A stretch of DNA of 64,000 bases from Phoronis australis (lineage: Eukaryota > Animalia > Phoronida): positions 34,583 to 98,582 of the forward strand of contig NMRA01000807.1 of assembly GCA_002633005.1 (NCBI GenBank), written 5' to 3'. Below are positions 12,235 through 23,905 of this stretch, piece by piece; within the stretch, counting starts at the first letter, position 1, and every line of letters begins with the position of its first letter. Position numbers and translations under genes: made by a program. Below the pieces are notes generated by a model, which did not search any database, was not told where the DNA came from, and saw nothing but the letters and a program-made list of their open reading frames with translations.

Positions 12235-13749
12235 TGAACATGAACTTTTTTATTTGTGCGGCGATCGTCCGGTTTTTAGATAGAGTTGTGAACGGGCTTT
12301 CAGAAGATATTTTTAATTTTTGCTTGGACTCTACTTGTGCTAAATGCTTATAGAGGTCGTATTTTTTTACGTACACGGCTGAAAATGGGTACAATTATTG
12401 TGACAGACGTGTGCTACAGATATGCCGGAAATCATTTAGGCCATCGGCCGGTAAAAGATGACTGAAATATCGGCAATTGTGCATGTGCAACTCGATTTCG
12501 GGATGAAAACGTTTTGTCCTGTAGAGGGCGCATGGTTGAACCAATAGCTTCGAAATTTTTCATGTTCTAGTTTCCTGTGACTAGCTATTATCAAGTTCTG
12601 CTTAACCGGAAGTTGCGTTCAACATGGCGGATCTCGCGCATTTTCACCCATTTTCAATTGTGTTGGGGTGCCATTTTGAACGGGAAGAGCAAACGACGTG
12701 AATTTTTGCATGTGTATTCTTTAAGTTATACTCTTTCAAATGATCTCTACCATTTTTTCTCAGACTTACCCTTTTTGAGTTATTTGACTTTGAATTTCAA
12801 AAAATGCAAAATTTTTCGAAAATTTCGTAAACTTTTTTGAAACTATACCGCTTGCTAGTGTTTTTAATGGGCTTTCAGAAGACGTTTACCATTTTTTTGC
12901 TACAACATGTACTTTTTGAATTATTCGAGATTTCCTGATAAAGCTGTTCCTTTTTTGACTGGTTTTGCTGAATTTTTGTTGGTTTACCGTCTATTGAACA
13001 AGACTTTAGCTTATTTCTTACTAATTTCTGACATCTTCATTCGTCATATGATTGCTATTATCATGTTCATCATTGCCACTTTCATCGTCACCATCATTGT
13101 CATCATCATCTCCATTGTCGTATGTTCAGTCAATTTCGCCAAGTGTCGCTCTTCCGAGCACTTTATTTTGTTTTGTTGTTTTTGTTTTGCATTGTGGTTC
13201 CTGTAATCCAATTTGGTTGTCTGTTGTTAATATTTAGCCATTTATTTGCATATAAAGCTTAGTGTCTAATTTTAACTAAGGTACGGCAAATTTCAGCTAA
13301 AGGACCCACTGTACTCTGGAATTTACTGACAGGAAAAATCTTTCGCGATCTATAAGTGCTTTTCTTCATCGCCCTAGCGTGAAACTGGGAACAAGCTACA
13401 GAGGCCGTTGTCCGACAATTGCCGAGGCTACTGACAACTGCCTTCCTTTCCACTTGGCAGCAAACCAGTCGTCCTTGCTGGCCGTCAAACTGTGAAGTAA
13501 TAAAAAACAACTACGCAAGTTGATTTTTTAACAAGTAGTAACGCGCACCTTTGTTCCGGTGATTTTTCTGCCCGGCTCCCAAGAGACAAATCCTATTATA
13601 GTGAAAAGGTTTGCAATCGATTTCCCCGTTGTCTAAGAATAAAATCCCCGCGATTAATTAACCAAAACACAAAGTCAATGACCAAAAGGCGGTGCGTGAC
13701 GGGAAGGAGTGTAGTTAACAGTAGTTTATTAGTTGAATGTTTGCGATGG

Positions 13750-14849
13750 GAAAGTTGTGGACGCAGCATTTTTTCATGTATTCAAGGCCTGCGTGCAACA
13801 AGTGCCCTTCCTGCACGGTACCTTGTTCCCGTCGGTGTTCCAGTTGGCCTAGTAGTTTATAGGAACCTATCTGAAGTAATGAAAATTCTTCCTTATACGT
13901 TTAATCTCATTGATAATTAAACTATACCACTTGTCCATGTATCAAGTATTCTTTCTGAAGTTGTTCACCGGCAGTTGTATTCTGAGAAGTAGGCTGTCGC
14001 TCACTGTTCATGCAAGGTAACCGAAGTGGGTCAAAGTCGTCGGTGACTCCGGTGGAAATTCAATTACTTAGTTGCCAATCTAATCTTTAGCTTTCTTATC
14101 GTATGTTTTTTTGTTGCGCTGCCAACGACCGTCGAAGATTCAGAGAACTCGCGCGAATATCGTCGAAAACTATCAATCGTTAACATTGCTCTGTTTTCAA
14201 CAAATATTGTCTACAGGACTAGGTCATTCTTAATTGTTTGAATTAACCGAAGGATTCTTGCGAGGACGTAGATAGAGGAAAGTCCGTTCATTGATATACA
14301 TCTGGCAATTTATGAGTTCACATGCGGCCAGACTGATGCTTTTACCATATTGTAGGAGCATTTTCACACGTGCTCGGTTACCGTTCCATGTAGGCTTTAA
14401 ATTCTCGGCATAAGGATTGTGTTAACATTATGGAAAACTACGAAACTGACTTTACACCACAATTCCCAAAAAGGGTCGCAGTGCAGGCTATTTAAAAGGG
14501 TGGTCGTTTTCTGTTTCTTTTGCCGATTCATTGAAATCACTAAAAGTATCCGTATTCTAATTTGCAATTGACGCACGTCGTCAAAATACAGTAAGTACCC
14601 GCAAAGTTCAAGTTTGGACTTGCAATTTCATTGAATGAATCACAGTTTACGGTTCACGCGCACTTATCAACCGCGCACATTCGTTGAAGTTCTCGCTGAT
14701 TTTTCACCAGTAATGTTCTTGGCACCAGTAATTTCTTCCGTTTCAACTAATTTCTTCGTTAGTCATGCCGTTTCCGGTTCCCACGTTTTCATTAGTAGAG
14801 CTGTATTTTTCGATTCATATGGGACCTGATGTCGACATAGTCGTCGTCG

Positions 14850-14909
<60 letters not shown>

Positions 14910-15540
14910 CTTTTTGTCTTCTTCCTCTTCCTATTTTTGTTCTTCTTCTTATTCAACATCATCGTCATATCTTTTTCATCTTTGTCGTCTTCATTGTTTT
15001 CGTAACCAATCCCCTCTTCGGTCATTTTTGCTGCCTTCGTCATCGCAATATTGCCCTCGCAACATTTTAGCTTTGGGAGGTATTTCATCATCAGAACTAT
15101 TATTATCACCTTTGTCATCTGGAAATAGTTTTTAAAAACGCTTTCATCATTCATAGAATGACTTGCTGCGTAGGCTACATGTAGTCTGTTTAGTAGCGCA
15201 TGGCAAACATCGCACAACAGTTTCATTGATATCAAATCAATGAGTTTTAAGTTTTGACGTGTTTGTACGCATTAAAAACACGTGAAACAATTCGCACGGT
15301 TATAGTCAGCTTCATCAAGTGTAGAATTCCTAATTGATTTTCAAAGCGTCTACGATTTCTTTCTAGCAGCGAGCAATTGAATTGTTTTTTGCCAAAAATT
15401 CAACTGGTGTCATTTCCATACAAACGATGATTCCAGAACAATGCTTCAAAGATGAGCGAGCACTTTGCATTATTTAGAATAAAATCACTGTCCCACCATC
15501 GGCATTTTATGAACATTTCCTTGAGACGCATTCTTATATT
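13750..15540 (-). pseudogene. Possible decayed coding region (acidic/basic low-complexity tract plus CxxC motifs; transposon-like)
   Basis: Minus-strand fragments ENNEDDKDEKD..KKKNKNRKRKK..D-run, LLCDVCH and TTCVNCK, broken by many stops and frameshifts. Confidence 0.25.
14840..14909. repeat. (GTC)n(ATC)n microsatellite
   Basis: Seen directly; reads as poly-Asp on the minus strand. Confidence 0.95.
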
Positions 15541-17034
15541 GTCTAAAAGTGCTTAAAATTACAATTCTACATACAAACACTATAAAACAACCCAACCAAT
15601 CGATCAGGTGTCAAATAAATTAGAGCACCCACAAGCACTATCTGACGATACGTTAATTAGCTGATATCGAGTGACGAGAATTGATTGGTCGATACATAAA
15701 ATGTAAAATCGGGACAACCAATCACAGCACTAGTCATCCTCCGTTGCGCTTAGTGTGAGAAGTCGTCAAAATTTGCTGTTTGTTTTCCCGTGGTTTATGG
15801 TGTAATAAAAATGACGAGGCGCTGCGTTTGTAGTGGTTGTGTTGATTTGTATTTTGCCACGCTGTGACCCTTTTTATTTTTCTGATGGATATCGGAGAAG
15901 CACGGATATGGCACAGGTTTGCACAAGAAACTCGCGTGTTGGTGGACATGACAAGCATGCGTTGGGTACAAGAAACGTTCAATTAAAGGCGTCCATCTTC
16001 TATTTCCTCGTTTTTAAGCCATTGAATTCATGATTGTAAAATGCAGTGCTGTAAAAAGAGTTCAAATGGAACTGACAATGTAATCACTCGGCCAAAGGAT
16101 GTAAATGGTAGTTTTTTAAAAGCACTTTAAGGATATCTCGAACTTTATTCACAAAAATTGTCCGTTTACACAAGATTTCACATATGTCTTCATTCTTGTG
16201 GAACTTCAAATACGAAATTTGGACCATGTAGCAAGAAAAAAACATTTAGCAAATCCGCCTTTTATTTGTTTATTACTTATCCAAGGTCAAAGGTTACAGA
16301 GCTGTCACTCAAATCAAATCTCTTGCTTGGCACCTGCGCTTCCCACAATTTACAGTCATTTCTAGTTGCCATAAGATTGAGTTAACGAAGTGTACATAGC
16401 TGGGAAAGATGCCTCGGAAAATGAAGACAAGACGTATTTTGACCGTGAGTGAGTGGCACGTCTGCTTAAGTACGACTGTTGATAACATGACGAATGCACC
16501 GACTCGTTGCACGGCTTCTGGCATCACGAACAGAGCAAGTTGTGAAAAAAGACATTTCACCGGTAATCTTACGTTTCGCTGTTTCGATCTCGTACCCATG
16601 GCGCGCTTTAACCTCAGATACTCGGTTTCTATTCTCCATTTCGTAGATGGTGTTGTGTACTACAGTGTACTGTTGACCTACTTTAATAGATCAAGAGTTA
16701 AACTCCTCCCCTGTTCGACCTAGTTTCACTCGATATATTGCAGCCCGACTTTCAAAATTGATGATAATTAAGTTAATTACGGACTGCCAATTCACTTGAC
16801 ATGACGAGTGAATGTTGAGATAGCCAAATAACCAATAGTACATGTAGGTTTTTTTTTATTAAAACAGGTTTTTACCCAACGGATGTCAATTTTCTCCCAT
16901 AATTTGACATCCAAACTTCGCCGACCAATCAGCTCCGTGGCAGCCATTATGCTAGTCTTCATCAGAAAGGCTTCGACGTTACTCGCGAAACACTCGCCTG
17001 TACTCGGGTAGTCTTGCGTGATCTCGCTTTTCTC

Positions 17035-17199
17035 GAGGATGCTAGAAAAAGTGTTAGGGAGGATGCTAGAAAAAGTGTTGGGTGACTGACAATAAACTGG
17101 CATAGGAAGCACTCTACAATAAACTGGCATAGGAAGCACTCTACAATAAATTGGCATAGGAAGCACTCTACAATAAACTGGCATAGGAAGCACTCTATA
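17035..17199. repeat. Local tandem repeats (24-bp unit x2; 27-bp unit x4)
   Basis: GAGGATGCTAGAAAAAGTGTT twice; ACAATAAACTGGCATAGGAAGCACTCT four times. Confidence 0.9.
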
Positions 17200-19651
17200 A
17201 TCCCACAAAAGCTGTCGAGCAGTGGTGTGGGTATCCTTTGAACCCCACCTTCTTCCGCTCCAGGTTTATCCTGTTTTTACATGACGTTGTTCACCCAGTC
17301 TCGTTTAGATATTTTCAGGTCGTAATGTCTTAAAAGTGCCAATACGATGTTTTCTAGACAAGTAGTCCCTTTTTAGCATTGGAACCATTGAGTAGAATAA
17401 TCCTTGGGGATTGTTGAGTAGACCAATCCCTGGAGTCTACGTTTGTGCAGCCTAGTCAGCGTTTCTGACTTAGTTGACTATAGCTGCTGAATTTTGTGCC
17501 CTACTCAAAGTTAAAAAAGTTTTGAACCCAAAAATACTCTCTTGGCAACAAAGTCCATCACTGGGCCCATAGAAAGTATCAAGGTCGATACAGAATTCCA
17601 ATTCTTGATAGTACATGTAGTGCATCATATTTCTTATTGAAGCCAGTCCTGTGTGGAATTTATTAAAACGGGACCTCGTTATTAATTGCGTTTAAGCTAG
17701 TCATCAGTTGTTCATGTTCGTTATTTCGTCATTTATTCGTATTTATTGAATCAATTCACCTATATTTTTCACTCAGCAATTAAGAACAATGACCAATCAA
17801 CGATTTATCACAGTTATTTGTCAATCTTCTCGTTAAAATTAGACTTGACAGTAAGGAATTAAGAATTTCTCTTCACTTTGGTTTTCAGAAATGACGTCGA
17901 GTGAGTTGTTAAAAACATGCAGTCAGAATAAGGGAAACCTTTTAGATCGTTTGGATCAAGACATTCCCAATTGCTATCAGGTACAGATGTACTGTGCATG
18001 AAATACTTCAAATGTATCGTATATGCGCCTACTTAGGACAATACACTTGTTTTTTGTTTTCCAAAAGTTTTAGTGCTCGAGCAATTCGTGTGGCGAGCTG
18101 CATGCGCTCAAAGTTTACTTGCAGGCGCAGGAGGATATCACGTGTTTTGGGTTTTCATTCGTAGTATGTTTCAAATTGTAATTTATCTTACACATCAATA
18201 TTTATCGGATTAATTATCCCCACTCGCTAACTTCTAAAAAAAATAATGTTACTTGGCGCTTCTCATATGGGCGCATGCGCATAGTTTTAAGTAAAGGCAC
18301 GACTTCACGTAGCTATTCACGGATGTAAATGCACACACATCTGATAAGCGTTTTTGCATTCTACTTTGTCAAAGCATTTTATCAATTGTTGAAAGCACGT
18401 GATTTCATGCCGAATTGACATAAATATTCGTAGGCGGGTTCTTGAGATATCGATATGCGTTAGGAAAGTAAAGTTTTTTTTTTGTATTTTGTTTGTAACA
18501 TTGATTACCGAGTGTAAATATTGTAGGCGTCATGATGTTTTATTCCTCAGATAATTGTGTGTCAATCCACGTATCGTTTCACATCAGAATAGTCAAGAAT
18601 AAACATAACGCAGCAAATATTCGGTATAATAGCGAAACACACAGGGTAAATAATTTGCTACCAAAGTTTTGCCAGGTAGCCAATTAGGTGGATTTTTCTA
18701 GTTCTATAGGTAGCTAACTAGAGGCCAGTTCTATTACACTCTTTGGCATTCTCATTTACGTGCATGGAAATTTACCAAATTCTGTACACAGATGAAATTA
18801 AAACGAGAAAAACTCTAGATGATGTCCATATGGCTTCACTGAATATATTATTTACACAATTTAGTTGCGAAGTCTTGGAAACAGAAAAATTTGCCAATTC
18901 ATCGACCCACCAACAAACAAATGCTACCATCTGATTTCACCCACTTCGTCTCGTCGGTGAATGAAAAAGTGCACATCGAATTGTTCGAGTCTCATCAATT
19001 TATAACGCGAGGTTCTGCACAAGTCGATACAGGTTGATATTTTTTCAGCAATTTGAGCTCAACAACAAGCACACCTAATGTTGAAAGGTTGATAAGTGAG
19101 GCAATTGAAACGGAAACCGTGTAATGTGACTTTGTTATAGCATGATCCATTATTTTTAAATAAGTATACGTCACGCGTGATGTTTAACGTCAGCTGAAAA
19201 CTAGTTAGTTATCTTGAGAACCATTTTTACTGGTTAGAATCCGAAACATCTCGTGTTTTATAGCAGCCTCGAACGTCGTCTACTCAGTTATTCTCTAATT
19301 TGGAAGTCACATCACTTATACCCATGACATAAGTCGGCACAAGTGCAAACAACGTTTCACTTGAGTTGAAAATTTGAGAAAATTAGGTGTTTCGGATTAC
19401 CTTGGGTATTTTTGTAACCTCGACTTTCACTTAGGAAGTGTTACAGTAATGCCAAATTCAATTTCTTAGGAGTGCAACTGCCGCGGCATCAGCCTACAGT
19501 GTACCTGCACAACGCCGATGATCCCCCTTTTTAAAAACTCCAATCTGAATAAGGCCTCCAGGATTACACAACGATAGAAGTGAGACTCCTTTGTCCTGGA
19601 GGTAAGAATGAGCATTGTTTTCAATGATTTTGTTTAGGAATGTCACGCATA

Positions 19652-20864
19652 TTTGCTCTGCGCGTGTAGGCACAGAGTACTGTTGTTCCTGGGTTTTCTT
19701 CAAAATATTCTTATTCTTATTCTTATTCTTATTACTCTGCGCGTGTAAGCGCAGAGTACTGTTGTTCCTGGGTTTTCTTCAATTTTAGTCTTCTTCTTCT
19801 TCTTATTCTTCTTCAGACCAACTTTGAGGCTTAATAACTCCAAATTGGATGCAGGTACGGTCTTTAAATTCAGCATATGACTTTTGACAGTATATAAATT
19901 TTTATAGGTTTTATAATCATATTCCATATTGCACCGGAAGAGGTCAATTAGTGGAAAGGTCATCACAAAATTAATATGTAATTTCTCCTACAATTTTAAA
20001 GAATTCCTTTTCATATTGGTAAACGGGTTGCTGTCAGAAACTTCCCATAATAATTCCAGTAATACGCACGCGCAGAGTCCGTTATTGTCACGGCGTGACA
20101 ATAATCTTTCTAGTTCTTCTTATTCTTCTTCCGACCAACTTTGAGGCTTAATAACTCCAAATTGGGTGCACGTACGGTCTTTAAATTCAGCATATGACTT
20201 TTGACAGTACATGAATTTTGATTGGTTATATAATCATATTCCATATTGCACCGGAAAAGGTCGTTTGGTGCAAAGGTCATATATTTTTCAAAATGCTACT
20301 TCTAATTCAGTTTTAAAGCTATCTTTTTCAAATTCGGTGCACAGGTATAAGTCAACATGACAATTTGAAAATTACTTTTCTAAGTAATCGGGTCGTCCAA
20401 TCAGGTGAAATAGGTCAAAGGTCATTGAGTGCAAACTAAAATTTTGAGCTAGAGACTTCAGAATTACGTATCTGTTTACTAAGTAAGATTGAGTTTGAAT
20501 TCTAAATTTTCAGTTCAATTGGTTCTCCCATGGGGTCATTAGGTGCATTTTTCTTCTGAAAGTTTGACCACTTCATTCATCTTATATTCTGAAGTGCTTA
20601 AAGTAAAACATCTGTAATTATTAGCATTAAACACACTTTTAATCGAGTTAACAATTACTCCCTCATCGGGGCCCATAATGCACCGGAAGAGTTCAATTAG
20701 TGGAAAGGTCATCAAAAAATTAATATGCAATTTCTCCTACAATTTTAAAGAATTCCTTTTCATATTGGTAAACGGGTTGCTGTCAGAAACTTCCCATAAT
20801 AATTCCAGTAATACGCACGCGCAGAGTCCGTTATTGTCACGCCGTGACAATAATCTTTCTAGTT
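19652..20864 (+). mobile_element. HINE family B, self-nested (two 5' ends, two 3' ends)
   Basis: 5' hairpins CTCTGCGCGTGTA..GCAGAGT at ~19655 and ~19734; 3' ends CACGCGCAGAGT plus TTATTGTCACG-CGTGACAATAA stem-loop plus CTAGTT at ~20114 and ~20864; (TTCTTA)n microsatellite. Confidence 0.8.
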
Positions 20865-23639
20865 TTACATGTCAAGTCAGAAGCCTTCGAGGTACATGGA
20901 AATATTTCCGATTTCAACTGTTTTAAAACAAGTACCAGCAAAGACATTTGTCAAGTTTATGTACCTTTCTCCTATCGGAGTTGCAGCCTACACAAAATGG
21001 ACAATAAAAAACCGCCACAAGAGATGCTGAAAACATTTCATGCCCATTGATTTTTGAAGCCTGCGGCGTTGCGCTTTTCCACTTCATTGAAAACTGTGAG
21101 GCCTAACTAAAAATTTGTCTATAATTCTACCCATGACTCAAGTAATTTACTTCTGCAGGAGCGCCTAGTTTCCTTTTCACCATGGCTTCCACTGAAACTG
21201 AGAGAAAGGTTACAGACAGAGCAAACGTTGCGAAATTGTTATAAAACTGTCCGTCGCTCATGGCTCGTGTCTGCAATTGGTGATTTTGGGTTGCGTGGCT
21301 TTTGTCTAAGGTTCTTGACTTGTGCCACTTCCGTAGATTTCAGAGATAGTGTATGTGTGTGTGGACCTGTAGCTACTGCGAGGCTATAAGTTGGGACGTC
21401 AGTGATGGAAATGTTGCTAATCGATTATTTGAGGCGGTGTTATTGATGGAAAACCCGAAAATGATGATAGTAGAGTGTGATTAGAAGATTGATAAAGAAA
21501 TTTGGAAACAAGACAATTTAAGCAAGGTGTCAATGGACAGAAGGATTAAGGATTTCGATGATTGCTCTCCACCAGCGAAAATGCAATTTTCGTTTAGTAC
21601 CTTCAATACCCATAGCCGAACTTTCGCCAACACTCTTAAGAATAGGCAGGTCTTCGGAAATCTTCTTTCAGAGTTATTTTTCATAATATCGTTTTGAGTT
21701 ATTAAAGATTTATGGCCATTTACTGTAGTGACATTATATACAATGTCCAGTTACCGTATAACAAGTTACTCCTAAAATGAGTGGTCGTTTTGTAGTAGTA
21801 TGTATACTACCCAACAAGGACATAATTCAGTACCCTCATCACTATAAATTTCTTTTACATTCAATGCCGCTGGTTAACGGCACAATATTTGACTGTTGGC
21901 GTATTTGACAATGCTGGTTCTAGTTCATGTAAATGCGCAGTTCTTTACTCAGTGATGCCGTAAATACTCCAATCATGTTCTTTCAGATCACGAAGAACAT
22001 TTCTGGTAACTCTGAAGGTAAGTTTCATCCCCTCAAGGTGCGAGTCAAATCGTATTATGTCGTGTAAATATCAATAACTGCGCATACGCATAACGTTCTT
22101 CCACACTCTTTTCGTGATTGGTCGGTCACTTACCGACACAGCCGTTTACGAATTTCGCCAACTCGCCGTTCCGCACAGCTGACGTTTGATTTGTGCAAAC
22201 AATCATTTTGTTTGCCAAGCCTGTTGTTCCAGATTGCAGTTTATTTCAACAAAATATTCCATAACTCAAACAAAATTAAAAATCAGTCATTACCACAGGT
22301 GCAGGCCATGTTGACTTACGTTTATGTTTGTTCTTTGGATTGGAATATTATTCTGCAAGGCTCGTTAGCCGCGTAATAGCTACAATCGCTGCAAATAAGA
22401 AGCGCTTTTATAAAAAGCGAACTGACGTAGTATTAAAGAATATTCGTTAGTCGGGTAATTTATTGGTCGTCTAAAGGTTATCGAGAACCGTGCTTGATTC
22501 AGATTGAAGGAACGAAAACGCGTCAGGAACGGTTGAGTAACGAGCACAGTGACTTCTATGGCTTCGTCGAGATGCTGTGCCGTTTTTCTTTGTATTCACC
22601 ATTGGGAACATGGCTTCGTGCTGGCCAGTGAAAGTGAGTGTACAACTTACGTGTATGTAAAATTTGACCTGATGGATAAGACTGAAGGAAAGTTTGAGGG
22701 AATATCAATTTCTTATAACTGAGTTGGTCAACTCTCCCGACCGTTGTGTATCATTTACAGTTTTTCCTCGTGAATTTTGTTAAGGCAACGAAACGTAAAA
22801 ATCCGTACGATTTTGAACACTTGTCACAAAAAGTTGCGTTGAGTTCATCAACACATTACTATAGGAGTCCACGAGTCAAAAATTCACATATAAAGGTTTG
22901 ACATCAACTACACCACTAGCCAAGAGTAAGGTGTTATCTTTAATTCGGTGTACTACATTAGATCGGGTAAGTTCAGTACACCTCTGACTGCATGACTTGC
23001 TCCTTTAAACATTTGCTCTCATGAAAGTTACTTAAGTCTTGAGACAGAAATTCGGTGTCTCACTAACACTTCACAATTGCTAAATAAGTTTGAGCGCATC
23101 ACACTCTAAGAATAATAATAATAATTATCTCAGTAACTAGCTGTTATGTGAGAGTTATTCTGAAATATTTTGTACAGAAAGCAGTTCATTCCTTAATGGT
23201 TGTCTTGTTCTGTTTAAATCATTAAAACTGATGGAGCGCGGAGATATCACCGATAGTACCTCAAATCCGCTTCTTAAATCCTATCTGAAGTTATTGGATG
23301 CTGAAAAGGTTAACTAATTAGACTACATTTCCCTGTCTTAGCATGGGTTGCACACGTGTCAACGCGGGTGATTTTACACGCAGTCATGTGAGGCATATTA
23401 GGCGAAGGGAAAACATGAAATGACGTCTACAACAAATAGTAGAGACGCTTTTTCTTTACAAAACCTATTCAACGTAACAGTCCTGTTCTACAATAGGGTC
23501 CTGATAGGAAAAACATGAAGTATCATAAATCTGACTAACAAAATTGTTTTAGAAAAAATAAAATTGAAATACACAGTAAGATTAACGTACATTTCGCTCT
23601 GTTTTGCGACTTAAAAAAACAGAAATCTAAGTAGGCCTT

Positions 23640-23905
23640 TTACTCCCATAAAATCACTCTATAATTTTTGTTACCGTAATATGATTCTATTCCCGTTACC
23701 ATCAAGAACACCGAAACCATCAGCGACTCAAGATGGCGCTTCACAGTTCCTCTTGGGATTAGCCAACCCTAAAGTTGTGAACGTAAGTATTGCATGTGAT
23801 TTGAGTTGCTAACGAAAAAAGAATCGATGACCGATTTTATGAGAATAAAAAGTCTAATCTGATTTTCGTTATTCAGCTAATTAAACAAGGCCAAATGAGG
23901 CTTGA
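23640..23905 (+). mobile_element. MITE-like repeat, paralog of 38095-38400
   Basis: Shared cataaaatc..., tcagcgactcaaga, ttgagtt..aacg..agaatc and gaccgattt blocks. Confidence 0.6.

Larger units (their letters stand above)
10979..12275 (-). mobile_element. Penelope-like element 2 (5'-truncated, decayed) with short inverted terminal copy
   Basis: FYRRYVNDTF..LPFLDV; VYRKP..SGLYL.FDS..P..YK.GL; NVVYEVECDNC..FYIG; ~85-bp inverted repeat 10987-11070 / 12178-12263; flanking duplication TTAGATAGAGTT (10967-10978, 12276-12287). Confidence 0.9.
5341..13165 (+). mobile_element. Helentron-type non-autonomous element (HINE family A) array, interrupted by LINE and Penelope insertions
   Basis: 5' palindrome TACTTGGCGAAA-TAA-ATTTCGCCAAGTA; subTIR TTTCGCCAAGT followed by a short stem-loop GCTC..GAGC at ~6553-6586 and ~13134-13165; internal repeated body; T-rich flanks. 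Confidence 0.7.

Noticed and set aside
14765-15070. Hydrophobic poly-Ile ORF
   Set aside because: Translation of the (ATC)n microsatellite, not a membrane protein.
16792-17208. ORF with CRVLPMPVY repeats / possible CRISPR-like array
   Set aside because: The 27-bp units are contiguous with no spacers; this is a minisatellite in eukaryotic DNA.
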